Positions 22,663-34,116 are shown, counted from the stretch's first letter. The stretch: 64,000 nucleotides of DNA from an uncultured candidate division Zixibacteria bacterium (GCA_963801605.1 CAWDFP010000006.1:320001-384000); one strand, 5' to 3'. Made by a program: numbers and translations. Notes: generated by a model not told the origin, from the sequence alone.

Positions 22663-22857
22663 ATGATTAAAATTCTTCTTTGGCTAATACTCTTCGTGCT
22701 TTCGTGGCCAATAGCGATTCTGGCTCTGATCCTCTATCCAATTATCTGGCTTATACTCCTGCCATTCCGCCTGGTCGGGATCACTATTGAAGGTGTCCTG
22801 GCACTTCTTAAATCAATCCTCATGCTTCCGGCCCGGCTATTAAGCCGACGCGGTTAA
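22663..22857 (+). CDS. Small hydrophobic membrane protein
   Basis: 64 aa, Leu/Ile-rich, AAGGA upstream, operonic spacing. Confidence 0.6.
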   Translation: MIKILLWLILFVLSWPIAILALILYPIIWLILLPFRLVGITIEGVLALLKSILMLPARLLSRRG

Positions 22858-22960
22858 TCTGGTTCTCGGCAACCGACCCTAATATCGCTCTTGCTTTTAA
22901 ATACTATATTAGTAAATTTATTAACAATGTTGGATTGTTTATAATACCTAAGGAGTATTC

Positions 22961-23308
22961 ATGCCAATAAAACAAGACCTGCTGTTAATATTAAAATCAT
23001 CCTGCCTGGGTGAGGGCGAAATCGATCTCGGCGAAACCCTCCTGGAGAAATTTCTCGCCACCCTGTTTGAATCCGGAAATCTTCCGGCCAGAATTATTTG
23101 CATGAACAGCGCTGTCTTTCTGACAACCGAAGGATCGCGTTTCAATGATATTCTGCGGAAATTTAGCGAAGAGGGTACAGCTGTCCTATCCTGTTCAACC
23201 TGCCTGGAATATTATGGCCGCAAAGATAAACTTACCGTTGGCGCCCCCACCACGATGAAAGATACCGTCACCGCCATGTTGACTTTTAGCAGAGTGCTTT
23301 CGCTTTAG
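22961..23308 (+). CDS. DsrE/YedF-like sulfur (selenium) relay protein
   Basis: LGEGEIDLGETLL, ICMNSAVFLTTEGS and LSCSTCLEYYG resemble the YedF C-terminal DsrE domain. Confidence 0.75.
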   Translation: MPIKQDLLLILKSSCLGEGEIDLGETLLEKFLATLFESGNLPARIICMNSAVFLTTEGSRFNDILRKFSEEGTAVLSCSTCLEYYGRKDKLTVGAPTTMKDTVTAMLTFSRVLSL

Positions 23309-23350
23309 CAAAATTTCTTATACGATTATAAACTTGCCAACCGGCTAAGT

Positions 23351-23497
23351 TTATTTGGTTAAATATTTCTCCGGCTCTTTATCGAATTTTTGCTTACAGG
23401 AAACATTACAGAAATAATAGGTCTGACCCTTATATACGGAGTTGCCAGCTGCCTTTTTTTCATCGATTTTCATCTTGCAAACGGGATCGATAACCAT
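23351..23497 (-). CDS. Small YHS-domain protein (48 aa, absent from ORF track)
   Basis: GGGAGG RBS; MVIDPVCKMKIDEKKAAGNSVYKGQTYYFCNVSCKQKFDKEPEKYLTK*; directly downstream of copA. Confidence 0.9.
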   Translation of the reverse strand: MVIDPVCKMKIDEKKAAGNSVYKGQTYYFCNVSCKQKFDKEPEKYLTK

Positions 23498-23512
23498 AAT
23501 TCCTCCCATAAA

Positions 23513-26140
23513 TTATCTTGATAATTTAACGTGCCTTAATCTCAAAGAGTTTGTAACGACAAACACTGATGAGAATGCCATTGCGGCCGAGGCGATCATT
23601 GGATTAAGAAGTCCCATAGCGCCAAAGGCCGGATAAAGAACTCCGGCCGCAATTGGTATTCCTATAATATTATATATAAAAGCCCAGAATAGATTCCACT
23701 TGATCGTGCGAAGCGTCTTTTTAGATAGCTCGATTGCCCGAGGTACGCCGAAAAGATCGCTCCCGATCAGGGTAATATCCGAAGCCTCCAGGGCTACATC
23801 GGTTCCCGAGCCAATCGCGATTCCAACATCGGACTGAGCCAGCGCCACTGCATCGTTGATACCATCACCAACCATAGCAACCCGGTTGCCAGCTTTCTGA
23901 AGTTTTCTTATCTCCGAGGCTTTATCATCGGGAAGCACCTCGGCTATTACCTTCTCAATACCGATTTGTCGCGCTACGGAATTAGCCGTGATTTTATTAT
24001 CACCCGTTATCATAATAATCTCAAGCCCCATCGATCGCAAAGATTTAACGACCTGAGCTGAGTCGGCTTTCAGAGTATCGGCCACCGCAATCGCTCCGAT
24101 AACTACATTGTTCAGAGACAATATCATTGGCGTTTTGCCATCGGAGGCAAACTTTGAAATCACATTTTCAACTCCAGAGCTATCGATCTTCCGCTCCTGC
24201 ATAAACCTTAAATTTCCCAAAAGAATCTTTTCGCCATCGATAATTCCCTCGATTCCCTGACCGGGAATGGCTAAAAAATCGCGGACCTCTCCGAAATTAA
24301 TATTTTTCTCACGCGCTTTAGCCACGATTGCTTCTCCCAAGGGGTGTTCGGAATTTCTTTCAATCGAGGATGCATAGTAAAGAATTTTGTCCTCGGAGTA
24401 ACTATTGGCAGCGAAAACATCTGTTACCTCAGGTTTCCCTTTAGTTAAAGTCCCGGTTTTATCGAATACAATAGTATTGATACTATGAGCGCTTTCGAGG
24501 CTTTCACCACCTTTAATTAAAATGCCATTTTCCGCTCCCAGGCCGGTCCCAACCATAATTGCCGTGGGAGTAGCAAGCCCCAAAGCACAAGGACAAGCGA
24601 TGATAAGCACCGCCACAAAATTCAGAAGCGCTAACGTTAGCGCCGGTTGAGGTCCGACAATCATCCAGACTGCAAATGTTACCAGGGCAATTGCAATAAC
24701 AATCGGCACAAATATTCCAGCGATCCGATCTGCCAGCCGCTGTATCGGGGCCTTCGAACCCTGGGCCTCTTGCACCATCTTAATAATATGGGCCAAGACC
24801 GTATCTTTGCCAATCTTGGTTGCCCTAAATTTGAAGCTTCCAGTGCGATTTATCGTAGCGCCAATAACCTCATCACCGGGGACTTTCTCTTTCGGCATGC
24901 TCTCGCCCGTCAGCATTGATTCATCGATACTGGAACTACCATCGGCAATTACACCGTCAACAGGGATTTTTTCTCCCGGCCGCACCAGAATAATATCGCC
25001 CACCATTACCTGCGAAATATCCACATCTAACTCATGATCGTCTCGAATTATTCTGGCGGTTTTAGCCTGCAGCCCCGCGAGTTTTCGAATCGCCTCCGAG
25101 GTCCGCCCCTTAGCTTTTGCCTCAAGCAGCCTCCCTAAAAGTATAAGCGTGATAATTACAGCGGCAGTATCGAAATATACCTCGATCCCTCGTCCGGCCG
25201 AAATAAGCAGCCCCGGGAAAAAAGTCGCTATCGTACTATAGATAAAGGCTGCTCCCGTGCCGACCGCCACCAGGGTGTTCATATCAGCGGTCTTGTGCTT
25301 CAATGATGCCCAAAATCCCTTATAAAACTGCGAGCCCGCCCATACGACGACCGGGAAGGTTAAAATAAACTGCAAAATATGATTGTGATAATGAGTGAAC
25401 AGATGAGAAAACATCAGGATCATCACTATCGCCGAAAATGCCGCCGCCACAATAAATTTCAGTTGAAGCTCGTTGAGCTCTTTTTCTCTAAGTTCTCTTT
25501 CAGAATCTACGCCGCTTTCAGAGGATATATCGAGAACCCGATAGCCGGTGCTTTCCACGACCCGCTTAAGCTCTTCATACCCGATACCGGCCAGATGGGT
25601 TACAAAGGCACGTTCAGTCCCGAAATTAATGGCGGCATCTATAACTCCGTCCGTGCCCCGAAGGCCATTTTCAATCTTCATTACGCAGGAAGCGCAACTC
25701 ATCCCGGAGATCGCCAGTTCGGTTCTTTCAAGAAGAGTTTCGATTCCGGCCTCGTTGAGTTTTTCGAGCAGGTGCTCAGGAACAATCTTATCAGTGTTGT
25801 ACCTGACCGTAGCGGTGTTTCTATCGGTATTGATAATAACGTCAGATACACCCTGCTGCCCGACCAGAACCTTTTCGGCTAAACTCATTTTCGCGGATTC
25901 GCTTCCCACTTGAATCGGAATTGTTATCTCCGCCAAATGGCCCTTATGCGCCTGCTTAGTAATCTGAACGGCGGCGCCACCGCTCAAATCCGCCGAATTC
26001 AGGTACTTTTCCGGATCTTTATTGAAGCTTTCCAGACACGATTCCGCGCAAAAAAAGTATTCTCGACCTTTGTATTTAGTTTTATACTCTGCTGTTTCCG
26101 GATCAACGTCCATCCCGCAAACAGGGTCAATCACAGTCAT
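23513..26140 (-). CDS. copA: Cu(I)-translocating P1B-type ATPase with N-terminal YHS and HMA domains
   Basis: [43 protein letters not shown] and MAFSS motifs. Confidence 0.92.
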   Translation of the reverse strand: MTVIDPVCGMDVDPETAEYKTKYKGREYFFCAESCLESFNKDPEKYLNSADLSGGAAVQITKQAHKGHLAEITIPIQVGSESAKMSLAEKVLVGQQGVSDVIINTDRNTATVRYNTDKIVPEHLLEKLNEAGIETLLERTELAISGMSCASCVMKIENGLRGTDGVIDAAINFGTERAFVTHLAGIGYEELKRVVESTGYRVLDISSESGVDSERELREKELNELQLKFIVAAAFSAIVMILMFSHLFTHYHNHILQFILTFPVVVWAGSQFYKGFWASLKHKTADMNTLVAVGTGAAFIYSTIATFFPGLLISAGRGIEVYFDTAAVIITLILLGRLLEAKAKGRTSEAIRKLAGLQAKTARIIRDDHELDVDISQVMVGDIILVRPGEKIPVDGVIADGSSSIDESMLTGESMPKEKVPGDEVIGATINRTGSFKFRATKIGKDTVLAHIIKMVQEAQGSKAPIQRLADRIAGIFVPIVIAIALVTFAVWMIVGPQPALTLALLNFVAVLIIACPCALGLATPTAIMVGTGLGAENGILIKGGESLESAHSINTIVFDKTGTLTKGKPEVTDVFAANSYSEDKILYYASSIERNSEHPLGEAIVAKAREKNINFGEVRDFLAIPGQGIEGIIDGEKILLGNLRFMQERKIDSSGVENVISKFASDGKTPMILSLNNVVIGAIAVADTLKADSAQVVKSLRSMGLEIIMITGDNKITANSVARQIGIEKVIAEVLPDDKASEIRKLQKAGNRVAMVGDGINDAVALAQSDVGIAIGSGTDVALEASDITLIGSDLFGVPRAIELSKKTLRTIKWNLFWAFIYNIIGIPIAAGVLYPAFGAMGLLNPMIASAAMAFSSVFVVTNSLRLRHVKLSR

Positions 26141-26478
26141 TTCGGTCGCCTCGAATAATCCTTAAAATATGCTGCCACTATATAATCTCCATAGCCAAGC
26201 GTATCCAATATAATAAAATGACTGACCGCAACAATAGTTCCGCATCATAAATCAATTAACAATTTGCGGTTTCATAATGATTGTAAAGTCGCTCATCCAA
26301 ACCCTGTTCAAACCTTGCGCTTTTAACTTTTATTTTCGATACCTATAGGAAATTCCCCATAGAATTTAATAAACGAAGCCAAAGGAAAAGAATAAGCGCC
26401 CGCAAAACCTGGCTCGCAACCAATTATGGTTCTGTGGCTTGACTCGTTCATTCCAATTCGCCCTTCATCATCCAAACA

Positions 26479-26494
26479 TGGTATGGCTCTTGCT
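26479..26494 (+). promoter_or_regulatory. sigma54 (-24/-12) promoter of the pilin cluster
   Basis: TGGTATGGCTCTTGCT: GG and GC separated by exactly 10 nt, ~40 nt before the first pilin ATG. Confidence 0.65.
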
Positions 26495-26535
26495 TTACCC
26501 CTATACGGATAAAACTCGAAGACAAGGGGAATAAG

Positions 26536-26889
26536 ATGATAAAGAGAAAAAAACAACACGGATTCACACTTATCGAAGTGATGGCTGGCATGGTCCTGCT
26601 GGCAGTAGGATTGCTGCTGCTGCTCCCCATGATGGTCACTTCTATCAGGGCTAACAACTATGCCAGAGACGCTTCCGAAGCCTCCATGCTTATTAAAGAT
26701 AAGATGGAAGATTTGAAAAACATGAGTACTCCGAACAGCGGTAATGACGTTCTCAGCGGCGCTACCCGCAACTGGACCTCAACGCAGGTTAGCACTAACC
26801 TCTGGAGACTTTCAGTAACGGTGGGCTGGGCCGATGAACAGGGTTATAATCACTCCAATACTATGACATCCTACATGTCAGTACGATAA
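26536..26889 (+). CDS. PilV-like type IV minor prepilin
   Basis: KKQHG|FTLIEV prepilin cleavage/methylation motif followed by a hydrophobic helix. Confidence 0.85.
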   Translation: MIKRKKQHGFTLIEVMAGMVLLAVGLLLLLPMMVTSIRANNYARDASEASMLIKDKMEDLKNMSTPNSGNDVLSGATRNWTSTQVSTNLWRLSVTVGWADEQGYNHSNTMTSYMSVR

Positions 26890-26924
26890 CGCCTGATTTG
26901 CAGGGAATCTATAAAGGCGGTAAT

Positions 26925-27797
26925 ATGAACAAGATAAGAAAACTTCAAAATAAGCCAGCGACTATGGGAATCTTCGTTAATACCAGGTTAGGAAGAATCG
27001 CGGGCTTTACCGTTGTTGAGTTACTTATCGCGGTTCTACTGGCGGCATTAATCACCACGGCCTCAATGTCTCTCTATCTCACGCAGCATAAGCAGTTCAT
27101 GGTGCAGGGAGATATTTCTGATATGCAGGCCAGTATGAGAGCCGGGATGTCGGAAATTTGCACCAGAATCCGAATGGCCGGGTATAGTTTGCCTAGCGGC
27201 TTTCCCTGCATAGTAACGCATAACACTAATCCGGATACTATCGAAGTTGTCACTAATTCCGATAATATGGATGGTGTCCAGATTGAACATGCCATGCCGA
27301 CACCGTCATCGGAGTTGCGCTGTGATGGCCACGATATTTCCGCGGTTAATATCGGAGATACGCTTTATATCTACGATCCGGTAGCCATGATTGGAGAATA
27401 TTTTACCGTCAGCCAGGTGCAACTGAGTTCATCTAATATTCAGCACAACGATACGCCTTTAAGTCGTTGTTATCCTCAGGGAAGTAAAATCATAAAGGCG
27501 ATCAATTATAAATTCTATATCGATAATACGACCGATGCGGCTCATCCCAGCCTGGTCTATCAGGTTTCTCACATCGGGCCTCAAATCTATGCGGAAAACA
27601 TCACAGACCTCAATGTCCAATATGTGCTTTCCAGCGGCCAGATAGTTGATAACACCAATTTTGCCTATATGATCAGAGAGGCCATAATCACTCTATCCGG
27701 CAAAACCGATAAGGCCGATGAAGGTTTTTTAAATCCCTATCATAATAGATCATTAACAACCAGAATAAAGATTCGAAATCTCGGGGACAACAGATAA
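26925..27797 (+). CDS. PilW-like minor prepilin, copy 1
   Basis: RIAG|FTVVELLIA; DMQASMR..IRMAGY; AENITDLN..Y; ends IKIRNLG. Confidence 0.8.
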   Translation: MNKIRKLQNKPATMGIFVNTRLGRIAGFTVVELLIAVLLAALITTASMSLYLTQHKQFMVQGDISDMQASMRAGMSEICTRIRMAGYSLPSGFPCIVTHNTNPDTIEVVTNSDNMDGVQIEHAMPTPSSELRCDGHDISAVNIGDTLYIYDPVAMIGEYFTVSQVQLSSSNIQHNDTPLSRCYPQGSKIIKAINYKFYIDNTTDAAHPSLVYQVSHIGPQIYAENITDLNVQYVLSSGQIVDNTNFAYMIREAIITLSGKTDKADEGFLNPYHNRSLTTRIKIRNLGDNR

Positions 27798-27809
27798 GCG
27801 AGACACATT

Positions 27810-28676
27810 ATGAAACTACACAATTCCAAATTCACAATCGCCAATTTGTTCAATCGCTTTGGCTCGAAGCTGCGGAAATCCCAACGCGGTATTACTATGG
27901 TTGAATTGTTAATATCGGTAGCCATAGGTGGTGTGGTAACAACTGCCGCAATGTCGTTGTATATAACCGAGCACAACCAAATGCTCTCTCAAAGTAGTGT
28001 TTCCGACATGCAGTCGAGCCTGCGCGCCGCCACCCAGGAATTAGCCTCAAAGATTCGTTTGGCGGGCTATAAGGTGCCGGACGTGTCGATGGCTATCAAA
28101 GCTTCGAATACCAATCCCGACACCATAATGATCGGCTTCGATGCCGGAATGGATTGCGGACCAGTCACCCTTAGCAATGCGATGCCGCAGCCTTCGGCAG
28201 AGCTTAAGGTCGCCGGCGATATTTCATGCATCGAAGAAGGCGATGTTTTATTCATATTTGATCCTACTACAAAATTTGGCGAAAATTTTATATGTACGAA
28301 TGTCCAGCAATCCGCCATGCATATTCAGCATAACACCACCACCCTGCACGAATCTTATCCTGCGGGAAGCACCATAACTAAGAATCATTTCGTGAAATAT
28401 TATATCGACAATACTAACTCCGCCCATCCGAATCTCATGGTTCAAACTGATTTGGGTGCGCCGGTAGTATACGCCGAGAATATCACCAACCTTAATATTA
28501 CTTACGTCCTTTCTTCGGGAGCAGTCGTCAATGTTCCCCCGATGATCAGTATGGTTCGCGAGGTTGTCATCAGGGTTGACGCTCGAAGCGATCAAAGAGA
28601 AAAGGACTTACAAAATCAATATCTCACCAGGACTCTGGTCACCAGAGTTAAAGTTAGAAACCTTGGAATTGGTTAA
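27810..28676 (+). CDS. PilW-like minor prepilin, copy 2
   Basis: SQRG|ITMVELLIS; DMQSSLR..IRLAGY; ends VKVRNLG; paralog of the preceding gene. Confidence 0.8.
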   Translation: MKLHNSKFTIANLFNRFGSKLRKSQRGITMVELLISVAIGGVVTTAAMSLYITEHNQMLSQSSVSDMQSSLRAATQELASKIRLAGYKVPDVSMAIKASNTNPDTIMIGFDAGMDCGPVTLSNAMPQPSAELKVAGDISCIEEGDVLFIFDPTTKFGENFICTNVQQSAMHIQHNTTTLHESYPAGSTITKNHFVKYYIDNTNSAHPNLMVQTDLGAPVVYAENITNLNITYVLSSGAVVNVPPMISMVREVVIRVDARSDQREKDLQNQYLTRTLVTRVKVRNLGIG

Positions 28677-28752
28677 TGGTGTATCGATGGCGGGTTTTTC
28701 AACCCGGTGCATACGCCTGAATTAATAGATGAAAATTTTTAAGGAGGATAAT

Positions 28753-30405
28753 ATGACAAAGGTCCCTCAAAATAGAAGCGGCGGAGAAAACGGCTTTGTG
28801 CTGGTAATCTGCCTGATTCTGCTTCTGATGTTGTCGCTTATCGGTATTGCGTCGATTACATCCTCGCAAAGTGATATGCAGGTATCTGGAAATGAACTTA
28901 AGCAAACGGGCGCTTTTTATGCCGCCGAATCGGGCCTGGAAAAAGCCACCGCTTCAATAATAAACAGCTATCAGACCACCGCCAGTCCTCCAAGTCCGCT
29001 GCCCGCTGATCGGGTGACCGAATATGGATATCAATATGATTATTCGACTGCCAGCAATGGCGCCGCCGTCCAAACAACGTTGACCGTTGGTGCTTACCGA
29101 GGACTTTATGGTTTGGTCCGTTCATTTACAATCAACTCATTAGGATATGACCCTCAAGGCGAGTCCCGGGCTCAACTCAGTATGATTGTGCAGGACGCAC
29201 TAATACCGCTGTTCCAGTTTGCCGTTTTCTACCAAAACGATTTGGAGATTGCTCCAGGACCAAATATGACCTTGGGAGGCAGGGTGCACTCCAACAGCAA
29301 CATCTACCTGGAATCGGATAATAACATTTATATCAATTCCTACATGACATCGGCAGGCGATATCCTTCACGGGCGAAAACCTGGCAGCGGTATGTATGTT
29401 GGAAACGGAAATGTCTTTATAAAAGATAAAAATAATGCTTACCAAAATATGGAGAATGCCGATGGCACCTGGCTTGATTCTCAAAGTTCCGATTGGGTAA
29501 ACAGCTCCATTACGCGCTGGGGTGGACTGGTTGAAGACAGCAATCATGGCATTACTCCGCTTGAAATGCCGGTGGTCGTCGATGGCCCCTCCACCGATTT
29601 AATTGATCGCGCTTCCGGCAATAACGATAGCTACGAGAACAAGGCCGGGTTAAAGTTTATCGATAATCAGGCCTATTATTTACAATCCAACGGGACGTGG
29701 ATAAATGTTACATCTACCTTGACCACAAGCGGCGCTATAACAAGCACCACTTTTCGTGATGCCCACGAAGGGAAAGATGTGAACGCAATCGACATCGATA
29801 TAACCAAGCTGAATACCAGCGGCTACTACCCGACAAACGGTATTATTTATGGTTCCATCGCTACTTCTTCCGGCGTTATAAAAGCATTTAGACTCAAAAA
29901 TGCGGCTACGCTTCCACGGGCAACAACGGTTGCAACCAACAATCCACTTTATACTCTTGGCAACTTTAATACCGTTACTAAAAAGCCGGCAGCTCTAATG
30001 TCCGATGCTCTCACTATTCTCTCGGTAAATTGGAGCGATGCGCGCAGCACACAAACTCTTAGCAATAGGGATGCTTTAGCCACCCAGGTAAATGCCTCCT
30101 ATATGACCGGTAATTTTGAGACTGGCACATCGGGAAGAGGTTATAATGGCGGCCTTGAGAACCTGCCTCGTTTCCTTGAAGATTGGGGTGGAATCAACTT
30201 CACCTGGCGGGGAGCGGCGGTTTCTCTCTGGTATTCCCGTCAAACCGGGGCGGCGGTGAGTGGCAGCTATTATAGTCCTCCAAATAGAGATTGGGCTTTT
30301 GATACAGATTTACTCGATGTCACAAAACTGCCTCCGGGAACACCGATGGTCAATATCGTTCAAAAATCGCAATGGAGCCAAAACTTCGGCGAAACGGGTC
30401 AATAA
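28753..30405 (+). CDS. PilX-like protein, copy 1
   Basis: AAGGAGG RBS; ENG|FVLVICLILL (no Glu5, as in PilX); AFYAAESGLE motif. Confidence 0.8.
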   Translation: MTKVPQNRSGGENGFVLVICLILLLMLSLIGIASITSSQSDMQVSGNELKQTGAFYAAESGLEKATASIINSYQTTASPPSPLPADRVTEYGYQYDYSTASNGAAVQTTLTVGAYRGLYGLVRSFTINSLGYDPQGESRAQLSMIVQDALIPLFQFAVFYQNDLEIAPGPNMTLGGRVHSNSNIYLESDNNIYINSYMTSAGDILHGRKPGSGMYVGNGNVFIKDKNNAYQNMENADGTWLDSQSSDWVNSSITRWGGLVEDSNHGITPLEMPVVVDGPSTDLIDRASGNNDSYENKAGLKFIDNQAYYLQSNGTWINVTSTLTTSGAITSTTFRDAHEGKDVNAIDIDITKLNTSGYYPTNGIIYGSIATSSGVIKAFRLKNAATLPRATTVATNNPLYTLGNFNTVTKKPAALMSDALTILSVNWSDARSTQTLSNRDALATQVNASYMTGNFETGTSGRGYNGGLENLPRFLEDWGGINFTWRGAAVSLWYSRQTGAAVSGSYYSPPNRDWAFDTDLLDVTKLPPGTPMVNIVQKSQWSQNFGETGQ

Positions 30406-30456
30406 GGACATTGCCATAATTACCAGGCAGGCGCAATAGCAGTAAAGGAAGTTTAT

Positions 30457-32109
30457 ATGAATAGGCACGCACTCGATAAGACAAACAGCAGAAAAGGCAT
30501 GGTCCTCGTAGTCTGCCTGATTCTGCTTCTCGTGGTTAGCCTTATTGGTATCGCATCCATAAGCAGCTCAACCAGTGAGATGAAAATATCGGGAAATGAA
30601 ATCAAACAAACCGGTTCGTTTTACGCTGCAGAATCGGGATTGGAAACAGCAGCGGCTTCAATCATTAGCAGCTATCAAACGGTGGGCGATCCGCCCAATC
30701 CTCTTCCCAGCGGATCAATCGTTGATGGCAACTTCCGCTACGATTATGCGACTCAGGATAATGGCCCGGCGGTACAAACATCCTTAAACGAAGGCGCTTA
30801 CACGGGGTTATATGGTCTTGTAAAGACATTCAATATCAACTCAACCGGAATTGATAGTGATCGGGAATCATCGGTAACATTAAGACTTGTAATGCAGGAT
30901 GCCTTGATTCCACTCTTCCAGTTCGCTGTATTCTATCAGAACGATCTGGAGATTGCCCCCGGTCCAAATATGATTCTTGGAGGCAGGGTGCACTCCAACA
31001 GCAATGTTTACCTGGAGTCCAATGCTAATCTAAACATCGATTCTTACCTGACGGCCGCCGGAAATATTTTTCACGGACGAAAGCCGGGAAGCGGGCAGAT
31101 TGACGCCACCGGAAATGTGTTTATAAAAGATAGAAACGGCAACTATCAAAACATGAAAAGCTCCGATGGAAGCTGGCTCGATTCACGAAACTCGGATTGG
31201 GTTGATGCCTCCATGGAGCGTTGGGGCGGCCTTGTCGAGGATAGAGATCATGGTATTTCGGAACTTAATATGCCTGTAGTTTCGCATGGGGACGCTACCA
31301 ACTTTATCGATCGCGGAGCATCAAATACCGACAGTTACGAAAACAAGGCCGGGCTCAAATTTGTAGATGGTCAGGCCCTATACCGTCAATCAAATGGATC
31401 CTGGGTTAATGTAACGGCTGCCCTGGTCGCTCAGGGAGTTATAGGTTCTTCAATATTTAAGGATGGGCGTGAAGCCGAGGATGTACATTCGCTCGATCTC
31501 GATATCCAGAGGCTTTCGGCCAGCGGGTATTACCCACCCAACGGCATTATCTATGGCTCGTTGCCGACCGGCAGCGGTTATCTCTCGGCAATTCGTCTGA
31601 AAAACGCGGCGACTTTACCCCAGGCTTTAACCGTAGCAACCAACAATCCACTATATACGATTGGAAATTTCAATACTGTTGCTAAGAAACCGGCGGCGCT
31701 TTTGGCCGATGCCCTTACAATCCTTTCGGGAAATTGGAATGACGCCAACAGCAATCAGAGTTTAAGCATGAGGCAAGCGACGGCCACCCAGGTCAACGCC
31801 TCATACCTCACCGGCAATACCGAAACCGGCACCGGAGGCCAGGGATATTGCGGCGGCCTGGAAAACCTTCCCCGCTTTCTGGAAAAATGGGATGGGGTTA
31901 CCTTTACCTGGCGTGGTTCGGCGGTCGATCTTTGGTATTCCCGACAGGCCACCGGGGCGTGGTCGTACGGCAACTACTATACTGCCCCCAACAGAGACTG
32001 GGCATTCGATCCCGATCTGCTCGATGTCACCAAGCTCCCTCCCGGGACACCGATGGTAAATATAGTCCAGCGAACGGCATGGAATCAGCAAATAAACAGC
32101 TCCTTATGA
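30457..32109 (+). CDS. PilX-like protein, copy 2
   Basis: RKG|MVLVVCLILL; SFYAAESGLE; full-length paralog of the preceding gene. Confidence 0.8.
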   Translation: MNRHALDKTNSRKGMVLVVCLILLLVVSLIGIASISSSTSEMKISGNEIKQTGSFYAAESGLETAAASIISSYQTVGDPPNPLPSGSIVDGNFRYDYATQDNGPAVQTSLNEGAYTGLYGLVKTFNINSTGIDSDRESSVTLRLVMQDALIPLFQFAVFYQNDLEIAPGPNMILGGRVHSNSNVYLESNANLNIDSYLTAAGNIFHGRKPGSGQIDATGNVFIKDRNGNYQNMKSSDGSWLDSRNSDWVDASMERWGGLVEDRDHGISELNMPVVSHGDATNFIDRGASNTDSYENKAGLKFVDGQALYRQSNGSWVNVTAALVAQGVIGSSIFKDGREAEDVHSLDLDIQRLSASGYYPPNGIIYGSLPTGSGYLSAIRLKNAATLPQALTVATNNPLYTIGNFNTVAKKPAALLADALTILSGNWNDANSNQSLSMRQATATQVNASYLTGNTETGTGGQGYCGGLENLPRFLEKWDGVTFTWRGSAVDLWYSRQATGAWSYGNYYTAPNRDWAFDPDLLDVTKLPPGTPMVNIVQRTAWNQQINSSL

Positions 32110-32130
32110 AGCTTACCTAAAATCAGGTAC

Positions 32131-32170
32131 CAAAGGCTCCGGCTATGACGGCCGGGGCCTTTGTTTTTTT
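32131..32170 (+). terminator. Rho-independent terminator of the pilin operon
   Basis: caaaggctccggc-tatgacg-gccggggcctttg followed by T8. Confidence 0.85.
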
Positions 32171-32248
32171 AACCATTTCTACCGGATTTTCGTATTTACC
32201 GGAAGGCATTTTGATGCTATTATTTCGCCTAAACGAAAAGGAGATTTT

Positions 32249-32452
32249 ATGTGGGTTGGCTTTTTCCTAATCTGTGCCGGTATCTTGATCCTCTTGAGCA
32301 ACATGGATATTATCAGAGGCGATGCCTGGAATTATATCTGGCCGCTTATTCTGGTTTTCCTGGGGGTATCCATGATACTCAAGCGCCGGGGACATAAAGT
32401 TGAAATACATGTCGGGCGATCAGATGATCGGCAGGCTCCTCCGACAAAATAA
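32249..32452 (+). CDS. Small membrane protein, DUF5668/LiaI-LiaF-like
   Basis: GFFLICAGILILLSN...WNYIWPLILVFLG; AGGAG RBS. Confidence 0.7.
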   Translation: MWVGFFLICAGILILLSNMDIIRGDAWNYIWPLILVFLGVSMILKRRGHKVEIHVGRSDDRQAPPTK

Positions 32453-32488
32453 AAGTATTCTGCTTAATTAATATTACTCCAGGCGCTC

Positions 32489-32962
32489 TTATTTTACTGC
32501 TCCGCCGCGTATCAGCCTTTTTAATAGCTGAATCTGGCCGGCATGATAGAGGTCATGCGAGGCAATCCCGTAGATCATATCCAATCGCTTAAGTTTCGAC
32601 GGCGATAAACCAGCAATGGTTTTTCGTAAGAGCCGGTGCTGATCCTCTAATAATGCCATATCCTTTTTCCACTGGATTGCAGTATTTCCAGCCTTAAGCC
32701 AATTGCTTCCTTCTTTGGGAAATGTCCCGCGCGGCCCACCGAGTAACTTGTTTCTGACCGTATATTTCCAGTATGCGGCGTGCAAGGCGATCTCCCAAAT
32801 ATTATGATGTTTAGGCGTCGGCCTCCAAAGGGCTTCCCGAACGGTCAGCCCGCGAAGAGCGCCGCGAAGGGTTGGACCATGCCAGGCTTTTTTATCATAG
32901 GCGTGATCGATGAATATCAACAGAAGGTCAATTTCACGGAATTTTTGATGCCATCTTATCAC
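32489..32962 (-). CDS. DinB family protein
   Basis: AWHGP, HNIWEIALHAAYW and HDLYHAGQI motifs. Confidence 0.85.
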   Translation of the reverse strand: MIRWHQKFREIDLLLIFIDHAYDKKAWHGPTLRGALRGLTVREALWRPTPKHHNIWEIALHAAYWKYTVRNKLLGGPRGTFPKEGSNWLKAGNTAIQWKKDMALLEDQHRLLRKTIAGLSPSKLKRLDMIYGIASHDLYHAGQIQLLKRLIRGGAVK

Positions 32963-32963
32963 C

Positions 32964-33960
32964 TCACTTCGGTTTGATTTTATTTATGATGTTCGCTATA
33001 GTCTCCTCTAGCGGCTTGGGATTATAGGCCAAATCGCGGCTGGCTTTTTGGTGCGAATAGATAAAGCGATATCGTCCCAAACGGGCCATATCAGGATAAA
33101 GCCGGGGACGTTTGTGCTGTAGTCTGGACTACCAATTCTGCAATGAAAGAAATCGGAATCAGAGTTGAGGCCGGAATTTTGAGAAGCGGCTTTTTAATTC
33201 CAAAATATTTCGCTCCCAATGCAAATAAGCTTTGAGGGTTGATATTATCTCCCGTTAGCAGATATCTTTCCCCCGGATGCCCAAGCTCAAGAGCGGAGAT
33301 AATTCCATTAACGACATCGTCTGTTTCTACTAAATTTAATCCAAATTCAAAATATGCCGGTAGGAATTTGGGGATTTTTCGCAAGTCGTTTGATGTGACT
33401 TCCCTATCTGGCGGCGAGATCATTATCGAAGGGTTTACGGAAATAACCTCAAGGTTTGGTCCGTTGGCTGCCAGGGCCAACTCTTCCGCTTCGCGTTTGG
33501 TTTGAATATAGGGAATATCGAATTTCCCAAGATTGAAGACGTGAGTTTCATCAATTGGATTATCATCGGATGATGCTCCGACCGAAACGATACTGGATAT
33601 GTTGAGCAGCCTTTCTACGCCTCCGCTTATGCAGGCCGCTATGACCGCTTTGGTGCCCTCAACATTGACATTGTATTGCTCATCAAAATTCCCTTTACGA
33701 AGACTAACTCTGGCGGCTCCATGAATCACGCCTCGACAGCCCTTAACAGCGTTATAGAGCCAATCAGGTTTTAGCAGATCGCCTATAATGGATTCGGCTT
33801 CCCGAGGGCAATATTTGGCAGCTTTTTGAGGTGAGCGATAGTGGGCTTTGACTTGATACCCGGCCTCCAGCAGGCGAGGTACCAACCGTCTACCGAGTTG
33901 CCCGCTGGCCCCGGTTACGAGCACGGGAGAAAAGGTAACTTTGTTTGCTGAATTATTCAT
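32964..33960 (-). CDS. NAD-dependent epimerase/dehydratase (dihydroflavonol reductase-like); frameshift near 33125
   Basis: VTGASGQLG, YIQTK, GERYLL; the shifted frame continues YSHQKASRDLAYNPKPLEETIANII..KPK* (stop 32964-32966). Confidence 0.8.
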
Positions 33961-34083
33961 ATTAATTTGATTTCAGATAATCATCCAAGATAAATCCTAT
34001 CCATGTTTTACACAATTATCAATATTGCCAGATAATTCGGTTTTATGCAAATTATAAATCGTTTTACGGCCTGTTTGTGTTAC

Positions 34084-34116
34084 AAACGAAAAGCGCGAAG
34101 GTATATTCCTTCGCGC
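34084..34116 (-). terminator. Rho-independent terminator
   Basis: Minus strand gcgcgaagg-aatata-ccttcgcgc followed by ttttcgttt. Confidence 0.7.
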
